DNA of 64,000 nt from Candidatus Latescibacterota bacterium (lineage in GTDB: Bacteria > Latescibacterota > UBA2968). Position numbers and translations under genes: made by a program. The notes beneath the pieces were generated by a model. That model was not told where the DNA came from. It searched no databases and saw only the letters and a program-made list of their open reading frames with translations. The number at the start of each line of letters is the position of its first letter. The stretch's first letter is position 1. The stretch covers positions 27,928 to 91,927 of the forward strand of contig JAYODI010000009.1 of assembly GCA_038279365.1 (NCBI GenBank), written 5' to 3'. Below, one piece after another: positions 9,094 to 19,163 of this stretch.

Positions 9094-11592
9094 TCATCGC
9101 CATTCGTGCTTAGGATATCGACGGCGCAGTTCCTTCTTCAACTCCGGATAGGTTCGTTCCCAAAACCCTTCTAAGTCATCGGTCACCTGTGCAGGACGAA
9201 AATTGGGTGCCAAAATTTCCAGCAAAACCTTTTGCCGCCCCCCCGCCACGGTGGGTGTCTTGGGCAAATCGTAAAAATCTTGGATCTTTGCAGCCCCCAC
9301 GGGTGGGCCATCTGCTTGATACCGTATTTTCATACCAAATCCCTTTGGCAACACAATACGCGTGGGTGTCATTTGCTCCACAAATTGCTGATCGGCCCAC
9401 GAAAGTGCCTGTTTCACATAAGGCAAAACGGGGCGGTTGCGAATTTGGCTGTGCCGTGTGGCACCATCGACGATCTCATATAAAATCACACGAACATCAT
9501 CCTCATCATATGCAATCAGCCCACGCTCGGGAAACCACTGCCCCACACACCGTGTACGCACCATCCAATGATCCACCTCCTCATCCCACTTCGCCAAATC
9601 AATTTCGCCACTGACAATGCGATCTACCAAGATCTCCGCCGCCAACACGGGGTCGGCATTGGGGCGAGCTATACGCCGATAGACCAACCCTTGATAAGCA
9701 TGTGTTTCCACTTGCTCGACTGCTTTGTTATCGGCATTCCAGACGGCTTCAGAAGCCAACACAATTCGATTGGGATGCACCTCTTCAAGCCATTCGGGCA
9801 ACACATTGCTGGCCAAAGACAACACCGTACGCACCCCTTCTTTTGTGGTCACCTCACGCGTGTCCAAAGCAACAATCAGCCCAGGTTCTGCAACACTTTC
9901 CCTGTCCAATTCCACCCGTCGCAAATCGGCCATCACACAAGAACGGGAGTCTCGATCACGTCGCAAAGCCACATGATCGAAAAAACCTGCCAACAAACAC
10001 CGCACCAAATCTACCGTATCACCACGCCCCCGCTGGTGAATAGTCGCCTCTTTACACGCCGATAAAAATTGGTCACGTGCCCGATCCACATCTCGGCACG
10101 CCGAAGCCACTATTCCCTCGTTCAAACAAGCCCGTGGGTCAAAGCGCAACCTTTTGGATAGCTCAAACGCATTTTCGCGTATCACCAAATCGGAAACCAC
10201 ATCACCGTCAGGCACCAGTGTATACTGTTTGTGGATCGGGCGCGACAAAATATCGCGTTCACCAATAAGAGCCGCCCACAACGCGGCACGTTCCACACAG
10301 CCATATTGTGCAGCGGCCACCAACAAACGCCCCAAACGCGGGTGGGCCGGGATCAATGCCATCTGTTGCCCAATGGGTGTCAAATTACCTGTCGCGGTCA
10401 GCGCCTCTAAATGCACCAACAAATCCAATGCGCGATCAAACGCGTCATCTGTAGGTCGGTCCAACCAAGAAAATCGTACAACATCTTTTACACCCAACGC
10501 TTTTAAACGCAACACCGCATCTGCCAAATCCAACCGTTTCACTTCTGGATCTGTTTGTTGTGGTTTGGCATAATGTGCAGTCTCTGTCCACAACCGCCAG
10601 CACGTTCCTGGTGCCGTGCGCCCCGCACGGCCAGATCGCTGATCTGCCGACGCTTGGCTAATCCCTTCTACCAACAACACATTGATGCCACGACGTATAT
10701 CAAAACGTTGCACGCGCACCAAACCACCATCAATGACGTGCCGAATCCCATCAATCGTCAATGACGTCTCGGCCACATTGGTCGCCACAATCACCTTACG
10801 CGTATCACACGGTGCCAATACCGCATCTTGTTCACGCACAGACAGTGACCCATGAAGCGGAAAAAATGATACCGCATCTCCTTGTTTCACAACAGACCTA
10901 CACGCTGTCAGGGTGCGCTGAATTTCATAAATACCCGGCATAAAAATTAACACATCACCCGACTCATTCTGATCCAACACGGCACGCAACCGCTCTGCCG
11001 TCAAATCCCACACGTGGGCACTCGGTTCTCTATCCACATAAAAAATGTCCACGGGAAAAGCCCGCCCCCCCGCCTGTAACAGAGAACAATCCAATGCCAG
11101 TGACACACCTTTTGCATCTAACGTAGCCGACATCACCATCAATCGCAAATCAGCACGCGTCTCCTCTTGTAACCGCCTAAGCAACCCCAAAGCCACATCG
11201 GCATCCAAACTGCGCTCATGAAACTCATCCAAAATCACGGCACCCACGCCCAACAATGTGGGGTTGTTTTGCAAACGCCTCAAAAAAATTCCCTCGGTCA
11301 TAAACAACAAACGCGTCTTTTCACCCAATTGCCGGTCATGTCGCGTGTGATATCCCACCGTTTGCCCAATGCCCTCTCCCACCTCACTGGCCACCCGCAA
11401 CGCCACCATGCGCGTGGCCAAACGCCGAGGTTGCAACACCCAAATTTCACCTTGAACCACATTGTGCTTGAGCAATATCTGTGGCACTTGTGTGGTTTTA
11501 CCCGATCCTGTTGGAGCCGTGAGCACCAAGCGATTATGCGCCTTCAAATGCGAAACAATGTCTTTTTCAATTTCAAAAATGGGGAGTTTCAT
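9094..11592 (-). CDS. hrpB: ATP-dependent helicase HrpB
   Basis: APTGSGKTT, QPRRLA, DEFHERS, MSAT, ATNVAETSLTI, QRSGRAGR; HrpB C-terminus DLEGFW...RRYPKHEWR. Confidence 0.95.
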   Translation of the reverse strand: MKLPIFEIEKDIVSHLKAHNRLVLTAPTGSGKTTQVPQILLKHNVVQGEIWVLQPRRLATRMVALRVASEVGEGIGQTVGYHTRHDRQLGEKTRLLFMTEGIFLRRLQNNPTLLGVGAVILDEFHERSLDADVALGLLRRLQEETRADLRLMVMSATLDAKGVSLALDCSLLQAGGRAFPVDIFYVDREPSAHVWDLTAERLRAVLDQNESGDVLIFMPGIYEIQRTLTACRSVVKQGDAVSFFPLHGSLSVREQDAVLAPCDTRKVIVATNVAETSLTIDGIRHVIDGGLVRVQRFDIRRGINVLLVEGISQASADQRSGRAGRTAPGTCWRLWTETAHYAKPQQTDPEVKRLDLADAVLRLKALGVKDVVRFSWLDRPTDDAFDRALDLLVHLEALTATGNLTPIGQQMALIPAHPRLGRLLVAAAQYGCVERAALWAALIGERDILSRPIHKQYTLVPDGDVVSDLVIRENAFELSKRLRFDPRACLNEGIVASACRDVDRARDQFLSACKEATIHQRGRGDTVDLVRCLLAGFFDHVALRRDRDSRSCVMADLRRVELDRESVAEPGLIVALDTREVTTKEGVRTVLSLASNVLPEWLEEVHPNRIVLASEAVWNADNKAVEQVETHAYQGLVYRRIARPNADPVLAAEILVDRIVSGEIDLAKWDEEVDHWMVRTRCVGQWFPERGLIAYDEDDVRVILYEIVDGATRHSQIRNRPVLPYVKQALSWADQQFVEQMTPTRIVLPKGFGMKIRYQADGPPVGAAKIQDFYDLPKTPTVAGGRQKVLLEILAPNFRPAQVTDDLEGFWERTYPELKKELRRRYPKHEWR

Positions 11593-11607
11593 AAAAGACT
11601 TTTACCC

Positions 11608-11652
11608 AAAAAATAAAAAACGTGCCGATTGATCGTTGCTAACCAATCGGCA
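11608..11652 (-). terminator. Probable intrinsic terminator
   Basis: tgccgattg/caatcggca stem followed on the minus strand by T-runs. Confidence 0.55.
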
Positions 11653-11793
11653 AAAATGACATCATCTAAGATCTAAAAAACACGCATCGCACACACTTAC
11701 ATGTTGCACCCAGGGTCACCTATGGGTTGCACCTATTATTTGAATTTACCTAAGCTGTCGATTTGTTCACGGAAAACATTTTTTCTCATCGTC

Positions 11794-13104
11794 TTAAACC
11801 ACCGCGTCAGATATTTTGCCATTGAGCACCTGCATCATCTCTTTCACAGCCACAAAAGGCACTGCTTGGGGCAAGCAATCTTGTAAAACCGCCAATGCCG
11901 CGCACACACCTGCCGCTTGTCCCATCATTGCTGCATTGCCCGTAACACGGTAACTTGAATGCGCAATAAAATCACCACTGATACAACGCCCTGCCAACAA
12001 CAAACCATCCACGTCCTTGGCAATTAGCGCACGCAATGGAATATCATAAGGCTGTGATTTGTGTGGTTTTGCCTCAACACCTTTGTTCTTATCTGGGTTT
12101 GTAGAATGTACATCAATGCCAAACGTTACACGGCAAATGGCATCTTCGTGTTCAGCACCATCGCGCAAATCTTCTGCCGATACCTCATAATGCCCATGAA
12201 TACGTCGCCCCTCACGCACACCAAGCTGAGCCCCCGTAGCCACAATTTGCAAATCTTTCCAAATCCCACCCAAAGATTTCAAAGCACGTACCAAGCGATG
12301 TACCTCCGCACGGGCTTCAAGCGTTGCTTTTGTAATTGCTTCGGCATCATTGGCAAACACACCATATTGATGGTTCGCCATAAGTGCAAACAAATCGTCA
12401 CGCACTCGAAAAATGGTTGGCCCAGCATAAGAAGGTGGCATGCCTGCCCGTTCCATTTCAGCATACAAGCGCTGTTTCGGCTCCGACATCGTGCCCCCCA
12501 CAAAAGCTTCAATCTCATCAAATTGCACACCCGTAATCCAAGCCATCAAACTCATCGGTTGTACTGCACCTGTTTCTGGATGCCCCATCTCAAAACCACA
12601 CCCCGCCAAAGCACCCAAATCACCATCACCCGTTGCATCAACAAAAACTTTGGCAGCCCACGCCTCACGCCCTGACTTCGACTCCGTAATCACCACCGAC
12701 AGCCGATTATCCACATCACGCGCCGCTGCCACCACACGGGTGTGCAACCGCACATCCACACCTGCCTCCAGGCACATTTCTTCCAAAAGCAGTTTCATGG
12801 CCTCCACATCATAGGCATAATTCTTTCCATTGGGCACACGTGTTGCCCGAGCACCACGGCGTTCCAATTCATCCGTAATCTCTGCCATAATGCCCGGCTT
12901 ATCTGCCGAATCAATAATCCAACTCAAGGCACCTGCCGTCCACACGCCGCCCAAACACCCATGCAATTCAATCAGCCGTGTCTTGGCTCCCGTGCGTGCC
13001 GCAGCTATGGCCGCACACACACCCGCAGGCCCTGCCCCACACACCACCACATCCGTTTCCTCAACAACAGGAATTTCGCGTTCAGCTTCATAAAAAGTAG
13101 ACAT
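11794..13104 (-). CDS. FAD-dependent oxidoreductase (FAD_oxidored-type)
   Basis: DVVVCGAGPAG, DATGDGD, GVREGRRI, YDIPLRALI, AGRCIS. Confidence 0.88.
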   Translation of the reverse strand: MSTFYEAEREIPVVEETDVVVCGAGPAGVCAAIAAARTGAKTRLIELHGCLGGVWTAGALSWIIDSADKPGIMAEITDELERRGARATRVPNGKNYAYDVEAMKLLLEEMCLEAGVDVRLHTRVVAAARDVDNRLSVVITESKSGREAWAAKVFVDATGDGDLGALAGCGFEMGHPETGAVQPMSLMAWITGVQFDEIEAFVGGTMSEPKQRLYAEMERAGMPPSYAGPTIFRVRDDLFALMANHQYGVFANDAEAITKATLEARAEVHRLVRALKSLGGIWKDLQIVATGAQLGVREGRRIHGHYEVSAEDLRDGAEHEDAICRVTFGIDVHSTNPDKNKGVEAKPHKSQPYDIPLRALIAKDVDGLLLAGRCISGDFIAHSSYRVTGNAAMMGQAAGVCAALAVLQDCLPQAVPFVAVKEMMQVLNGKISDAVV

Positions 13105-13116
13105 CGGTTTCTCCTT

Positions 13117-14379
13117 TTATTGGGCCAGCGCTTTTGCCGCTTCCAAAATCACGCGTTCTTCATCTTTATAGGGTGCAGGATCACCATAATAAGGATAGGC
13201 GTTGGGCTCATAACCCCCTTCACCATATTGCCGTTCCGTACACAAATAGCCGATCTCATCATTGGCATATCCCACAGGCCACAAATCTTCCACACCCAAC
13301 AAATTACGCACATCTTTTTCAATGGCGTGCCCAATCTCTTGTACGGGTTCACCCGGAATAGATATCAAACCAATAGGGCCAATCGTCAAGCGTTGCATTT
13401 GCGTGGGCCGACTTTCCGGAATACCTGCCCCCGCCAACAAAGCCAACACACCTTTGGCCCAAGGCCCTGTCATCAAACGCCCACGGTCACTTTCATCATT
13501 GGCCCATTCTTGCAATTGTTCACGCGACATCGGTTCGCCATAAGGCATATCCACATCCACCACTTGAGATGAAATACCCGCAACATTACGCGTTTGCAAC
13601 CAATCAGACACACGGCAAACCTCACGCCCCAGCGCATCACCACAAGCATCCAACTGTTCTTTTGTGGCCGATGTAAACCCACCACCTTCGGTTAAAATAG
13701 CGGGGCGAATATTGCCAAAACAACCGGCCAAATAAAGCGCCTTACACCTGAGTTCACGCTCAATAAACGAGCGGGCAATACCCGGGTAATCATAGGAAAT
13801 AAAACCATTGGAGCCATTAAAGGTTGTCGGATGACACGAATAATGAAACAAAACGGCCAGCGTACCTTTTGCACCATCAATGCGCAACACCCGCACACGC
13901 CGATCAACCAACATACCATAATTGGCCACCATACTGTCCGTTCCTGGCAAGGGGCGACGACTGATATTAAAATCTGTAGATCCACATCCCAACCCCACGG
14001 TCACGGTTTGTAAATCTGCCACGGCCATCTGCACACAACTTGCCGAAACAGCCACCAGACGCTGCAAATACGCTGCATCTGGCACCATTCCCAAACAAGG
14101 CAACACAGGCGGGCCACAATGTGTGTGGCTACACGCCACCATCACAGATTCTGGTGGTACAAGCTCCGATACGGCCTTGCGTATCTGCTGAGTCAAATCC
14201 AATGTCACACCAATCACATCCAATGTCACAATAGCAGAGCGCACCCCATCATCTTCAAAAACAATCGCCCGCACCTCCAACGGATACATAACAGCGTGCG
14301 AAGGATTTGTGCTCCAATGTCCTTGTAAGATCATACCCGGTTTAGGGGTAATATCACCCGAAGCAACACCACACCGCAT
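13117..14379 (-). CDS. Neutral/alkaline ceramidase-like hydrolase
   Basis: DITP, SHTHCGP, YSCHPT, SYDYPG, PGEP, GYANDEIGY, GGYE. Confidence 0.8.
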   Translation of the reverse strand: MRCGVASGDITPKPGMILQGHWSTNPSHAVMYPLEVRAIVFEDDGVRSAIVTLDVIGVTLDLTQQIRKAVSELVPPESVMVACSHTHCGPPVLPCLGMVPDAAYLQRLVAVSASCVQMAVADLQTVTVGLGCGSTDFNISRRPLPGTDSMVANYGMLVDRRVRVLRIDGAKGTLAVLFHYSCHPTTFNGSNGFISYDYPGIARSFIERELRCKALYLAGCFGNIRPAILTEGGGFTSATKEQLDACGDALGREVCRVSDWLQTRNVAGISSQVVDVDMPYGEPMSREQLQEWANDESDRGRLMTGPWAKGVLALLAGAGIPESRPTQMQRLTIGPIGLISIPGEPVQEIGHAIEKDVRNLLGVEDLWPVGYANDEIGYLCTERQYGEGGYEPNAYPYYGDPAPYKDEERVILEAAKALAQ

Positions 14380-14457
14380 CCAAAACTCCTTTCAAATCGT
14401 ACTCTATTTCCAATATGTCCAAAGAGAACAACCATCACAGTTTCATAAATACATCTA

Positions 14458-15318
14458 TTATTGTCGAACAAATTTTTGCAACTGTGCATCAACCTGCACT
14501 TCAGACACATACAGATCGCCACGAGAATCCAACCAAATACCGTGTGGGCATTTTTTAAATTCACCCGGTTTATCGCTTTCTACGCCTCTGCCCCATTCGG
14601 CCAATTTATCACCCGTCTTGCTCCAAATACTCACGCGCTGTTCCAACTCAGCGATATAAACCACCCCCGCTTCATCATCAATATAAATGGTATCGGGCTG
14701 ATGCAACCCAGTCCACTCACCTTGATATTCGCCCTCTGTGTCAAAAAACTGAATGCGGTTATTCGATCTGTCCAATACCCACAATTTATCTTCTTTATCA
14801 ATCCGTACACAATGCACCAAATCAAATTGCCCAGGGCCCGTACCCGGTTCACCCCAAGATTTGATAAATTGCCCATCAGAGGTGTACTTATGCACCCGTG
14901 CATTGTCATAACCATCGGTAATATACATAAACCCTTTTGAATCAAACGCCACATCGGTGGGCAAGCGAAACGGATCACCCGGTTTGCCCATTTGGTGCGG
15001 CGTGCCCACTGTCATCAACAATTTTCCATCAGAAGTAAACTTATGCATACAATGGGTTTCACGCTCCACACAATATACATTGTCATCACCATCAATATAA
15101 ATGCCGTGTGCATCTTCCAAAACATCTTCCCCCCAAGAGGTTACAAAGTTGCCCTCTCGGTCAAACACCACCATAGGATGCTCACTACGGCTATACACAT
15201 ACACCTGGTCTTTCGAATCAACCGCAACAGCAGGAATCCATCCAAATGACCATCCATCAGGTAGTTTCCACCAATTTTCTTGCACCTTAAATGTATAATC
15301 GCCTTCACCATAAATCAT
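14458..15318 (-). CDS. NHL-repeat beta-propeller (peptidyl-alpha-hydroxyglycine amidating lyase-like)
   Basis: Repeated NHL motifs: AHGIYID, PTDVAFD, DGYDNARVHK, GPGQFDLVH, PHGIWLD. Confidence 0.85.
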   Translation of the reverse strand: MIYGEGDYTFKVQENWWKLPDGWSFGWIPAVAVDSKDQVYVYSRSEHPMVVFDREGNFVTSWGEDVLEDAHGIYIDGDDNVYCVERETHCMHKFTSDGKLLMTVGTPHQMGKPGDPFRLPTDVAFDSKGFMYITDGYDNARVHKYTSDGQFIKSWGEPGTGPGQFDLVHCVRIDKEDKLWVLDRSNNRIQFFDTEGEYQGEWTGLHQPDTIYIDDEAGVVYIAELEQRVSIWSKTGDKLAEWGRGVESDKPGEFKKCPHGIWLDSRGDLYVSEVQVDAQLQKFVRQ

Positions 15319-15477
15319 AAAATATCTCCTTTTATAGATGCCTTATTGTTTTTCAAAAGTATCAACGCACCCCAGCGTTCTTTGACCATCTTTCAATTCC
15401 CAAACACAATCTCCCTCGCTTCATTTGCCTTAATATATGCCCCCCGTCACAATACACCAAACCCATTTCACAGGCAT

Positions 15478-15507
15478 AAAAAAAACCCCGATAAAAATCG
15501 GGGTTTT
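15478..15507 (-). terminator. Intrinsic terminator
   Basis: aaaaccccgat/atcggggtttt stem; A-run on the left gives a U-tract on the minus strand. Confidence 0.85.
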
Positions 15508-15524
15508 AAAATGCATCCTCCACA

Positions 15525-16109
15525 TTAACCATAACGTTCAGACATTTGATCGGCAACCGATTTGACATCCGACGAAGTGTGTTGCGCAGGTTTTTGCACA
15601 GATACAGCTTCAAGCTCGCCATTTTTGTCCATCTCTTCCAAAGCCACCTGCACAGCCTTAATCACAGCTTCATTATTATTTTGCTCTTCCAAGTTGATCA
15701 ACTGCTTAATCACCTTCATCACACGCAAAAAATGGCTGTCTCGGTTTTCGGCCCCACCCATAGCTTGCAAAACTGCCATTTCCAAAACCTGTTCTTTTTC
15801 GCGTCGCTTGCGTGCTGCATCTTGTGCAGCAGACAGTGCCAATTGCTCCATATGTTGCTTTAAGGTAGCCAAGCGCGTTTTGAGTTGGCTCACGCGATTT
15901 TTAGCAACACCCTCCGCCTTTAAAGCTATCAAATATTTGCGCCGAGAAGACTCCAAGTTGCTTTCTATGTCTGATATTTTGTGCAAATTTCTGCGATAAG
16001 CTTGCTCTTTTGCTCTCAGTTCCAAAACCGTTAAAATTTTACTTACCAACAACACCGTAAGAAAAAGCAAAGCCACAAAACCAGAAAAAGCAGTGGAATC
16101 CCAAGACAT
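15525..16109 (-). CDS. Hypothetical membrane-anchored coiled-coil protein
   Basis: N-terminal hydrophobic helix then a charged helical region; AGGAG RBS. Confidence 0.75.
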   Translation of the reverse strand: MSWDSTAFSGFVALLFLTVLLVSKILTVLELRAKEQAYRRNLHKISDIESNLESSRRKYLIALKAEGVAKNRVSQLKTRLATLKQHMEQLALSAAQDAARKRREKEQVLEMAVLQAMGGAENRDSHFLRVMKVIKQLINLEEQNNNEAVIKAVQVALEEMDKNGELEAVSVQKPAQHTSSDVKSVADQMSERYG

Positions 16110-16192
16110 AAATGTCTGACTCCTTGAAAAACGTTATAAATGAAAAGCCCCCATAGCATAAATAACGCGTTCAAGACAAAAAGTCAAGCCAT

Positions 16193-18739
16193 CTAAGGAT
16201 TCACCAACCGACCAAAAACCCCAGCAAACAGCAAAAAGTCACTAAAATTTATACGAAAATCACCATCCAAGTCAAACCGCACATCAAACCCACTATCTGT
16301 ATCAGAAAGTCCAAAAGCTCCTGCAAACAACACAAAATCACCAAATCCAACCGAACCATTGGCATCAAAGTCAGCTTTGCTCGCCACATCTGCCGATGGC
16401 TCAAAATTAAAAGGCCGTGTGCGTACCGCAATGCCACGTGGCCCATCGGCAAGTTGAAAAGCACGCAACACCCGCAATGTTGTGGCATCAAACACCACCA
16501 AGTCATCTGAATCTTGATTGGTCACATACACACGTGTGCCATCAGGCGACACAAACAGGTCGCGCGTTTCCCGAGCATCGGTTAAAACGGGCACCGTGTT
16601 GGTCACACGCCCTTCTGCCGTATTGACCACCAACAAATTGCCATTGCTGCGGTCCGTTGCATACACCCGAGCCCCATCGGGTGATACGGCCACTCTAAAA
16701 ATACTTGTCGCCCCCGTATCAACCACCTGATCCATCGTGTTGGTTTGGGTATTCACCACACCAATATTCCCATCAAAACCAGCCACATAAAGCCACTTAC
16801 CATCAGGAGACAACATCAAAGACCTTGGAGAGGGAATCACACTGATTTGCGCCTGTGTTGCACCCGTATTGGCATTGAGCACCCGCACGCTGTTGGCGTC
16901 TATATCCGTCACAAACAAGCGCACCCCATCTTTACTAACTGCAATACCATATGGCCCTTCACCAACAGTAGACACATTTAAACGAAGCGACTCACTCAAA
17001 CTGGCCACATCAATTACAGACACACTGCGGTTTTGTGAGTTGCTCACATACACGCGCTTGCCATCGCTGCTCACTGCCAAATCCAAAGGCGACGTGCCCA
17101 CCGTTATGACCTTGGCCACTTGATGTGTGGATGTTTCAATAACCGTAATGCGATTTTCCGACACACCTTGTGAGCCCGTATTGGCCACAAACAAATACCG
17201 CTCATCAGGTGTCATCAACACACTCAAAGGAGTGTCGCCCGTTGCAATGCGAGCCACTTCTTTACCAGGCCCTGTATCAATGACAGACACCACACGGGCA
17301 TCACGCACGGCCACATAGGCCACAGGTGAACCCGACATGGCCAAGATTTCAAACCGAGCCATTGGACTTTCTGCGCTTGGAAAAGAAGTTGCATTGCCCT
17401 CATTATCCCCAGCAACAATCCGATATTCAATAACAGACCCCGGGCGTTGCCCCGATATTTCTGCCGTATAAACATCATCGACAGAAGCCCGCATAGCAAG
17501 CACCCGCAAACTGCCACTGTTGACGCGATAGTGCAAATCGACACCCGTTACGCCCTTATTATCTGTCACGCGAGAAGAAAACCGATATGGGCCATTGGGG
17601 TCTGGTGTATTGGCTGGTAAGTTGAGATCTGAAATAAATGGAGAACCCGGTATCGCCAATCCTATGGCAAAATCAATTTGAGTTTGGGTTTGCCCACCCT
17701 CCACACGAACCACTTGTGCCGCAGTTTGAATAGACACATTGTTATAAAATTCAATTTCTGGCACCTGATCATATGTGCCCCGAAAAATACCGCCAAAGTT
17801 TTCAGGTGAAATAGAACCTGCAAGCGGTTCAATGGCCACATGATAATCTCCTGGTGGCAACCCCAAAATTTCATAATCACCGTCACCACCTGCCCCTAAT
17901 GAGGTGCCAACCGAACCCGACAAAGCACTGGCCACAAACGTGCGGGTATTGGCCTTATAAGCCACCACATGCACCCCATAAGCCCCAGCTCCATCTGCAC
18001 GTAAGACACGCCCAGAAACCCCACCGGTGAGTGTACCTGTGGGGTATAAAGCGGTAATACCTGCTCGATCATCGTCTTCAAGCGTTCGTCCAGCACGCGG
18101 TTCTTCTGCCGTATTAAACGGGTTCATGGTTGGGCGTTCAGAAGGATCGCCAACCAATGGGGTATGGTCCAATCCAAAAAAATGGCCCACCTCATGGGTG
18201 AGCACATCTTGCAAATCAACTTGTCGGTTAGGCGTATTGACATCACTAATCGAAAAAGTAAAATCGCGACCATTAAAAATAATATCGGCATCCACAATAT
18301 CACCATTGTCATTCCAATTAACCCGTGTAATGGCAATGATGCCCGACCCTGCAGGTGCGCCAATAGATCGCCCAGTTGCATCATAAATGACCACATTACG
18401 ACGATCAGAATCAGATGCTGGCAACGTTGACGTACCTTGATAACTCATATTCAAATAAGAAGACGGAACCTCATTCCACGCATTAAAACTGTTTTGAACA
18501 ATGCGTACCACATCGGCTTCAGCAAACGGAAAGCTGGTCACGTTTAAAGAAAAAGGCACCCCCGAACGCGCTCGGCTTTCGGTCCACCCCACCTGCACAA
18601 TACGCCCTTGGGTATTTTGATCGGTTTGAATCACATATGCAAATGCAGACACTCCAAAAAAAAGAGTGAAGCACCCACACAGCACCAAACACACAAAATG
18701 TTTTTTTAAGAAAAACAAGCCCAAACAATTTCTCCACAA
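16193..18739 (-). CDS. Secreted matrixin (M10-like) metalloprotease with YVTN-type beta-propeller and C-terminal EF-hand/dockerin-like module
   Basis: Signal peptide ending SAFA; HEVGHFFGLDH zinc motif and PTM Met-turn; repeated SPDG..YV blades; ADFDANGSVGFGDF...FDLDGDFRINFSDFLLFA. Start uncertain. Confidence 0.85.
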   Translation of the reverse strand: MWRNCLGLFFLKKHFVCLVLCGCFTLFFGVSAFAYVIQTDQNTQGRIVQVGWTESRARSGVPFSLNVTSFPFAEADVVRIVQNSFNAWNEVPSSYLNMSYQGTSTLPASDSDRRNVVIYDATGRSIGAPAGSGIIAITRVNWNDNGDIVDADIIFNGRDFTFSISDVNTPNRQVDLQDVLTHEVGHFFGLDHTPLVGDPSERPTMNPFNTAEEPRAGRTLEDDDRAGITALYPTGTLTGGVSGRVLRADGAGAYGVHVVAYKANTRTFVASALSGSVGTSLGAGGDGDYEILGLPPGDYHVAIEPLAGSISPENFGGIFRGTYDQVPEIEFYNNVSIQTAAQVVRVEGGQTQTQIDFAIGLAIPGSPFISDLNLPANTPDPNGPYRFSSRVTDNKGVTGVDLHYRVNSGSLRVLAMRASVDDVYTAEISGQRPGSVIEYRIVAGDNEGNATSFPSAESPMARFEILAMSGSPVAYVAVRDARVVSVIDTGPGKEVARIATGDTPLSVLMTPDERYLFVANTGSQGVSENRITVIETSTHQVAKVITVGTSPLDLAVSSDGKRVYVSNSQNRSVSVIDVASLSESLRLNVSTVGEGPYGIAVSKDGVRLFVTDIDANSVRVLNANTGATQAQISVIPSPRSLMLSPDGKWLYVAGFDGNIGVVNTQTNTMDQVVDTGATSIFRVAVSPDGARVYATDRSNGNLLVVNTAEGRVTNTVPVLTDARETRDLFVSPDGTRVYVTNQDSDDLVVFDATTLRVLRAFQLADGPRGIAVRTRPFNFEPSADVASKADFDANGSVGFGDFVLFAGAFGLSDTDSGFDVRFDLDGDFRINFSDFLLFAGVFGRLVNP

Positions 18740-18770
18740 AATTTTTAAACACCAGCAATTTGGCTCCTGT

Positions 18771-19163
18771 TCAATCTTCTTGCATCAACGTCGGAATGGG
18801 GTTCCGTTGATCCACCTGCCAAACTTCATATTGTCCATTGCCATTTAAATCGGCTTCAGCAATTGCAACAAACCGATCCCCCACCACATCCACCCGATAA
18901 GAAAATTTTCCCAACCCATCATTTAACCGCAAAATATCGCCATTTGTTTTACGATCAATAGGCAAATAAGTTCCATTGTCAGACCAATACGCCATCTCCA
19001 AATCATAAATGCGATGCAACATGACTTGCGCCCGTTCACGTTCTTTCGCATCAGGAGAACGGTGCGTAAATTGATAAATCACAATAACGCACAACATCAA
19101 AAAAAGCATTGTCAACCCAATCCCTTGGCGCATCAACAAACGATTCTCAAATGAAATATTCAT
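18771..19163 (-). CDS. Small pilin-like membrane-anchored protein
   Basis: QG followed by a hydrophobic helix, then ERAQVMLHRIYDLEMAY...GTY and FVAIAEADLNGNG..EVW, resembling type IV pilin globular domains. Confidence 0.6.
   Translation of the reverse strand: MNISFENRLLMRQGIGLTMLFLMLCVIVIYQFTHRSPDAKERERAQVMLHRIYDLEMAYWSDNGTYLPIDRKTNGDILRLNDGLGKFSYRVDVVGDRFVAIAEADLNGNGQYEVWQVDQRNPIPTLMQED

Noticed and set aside
12742-13572. Long antisense ORFs (also 7539-8216, 44568-45233, 45636-46322, 36375-37004)
   Set aside because: Shadows of well-supported genes on the other strand, with no recognisable motifs.
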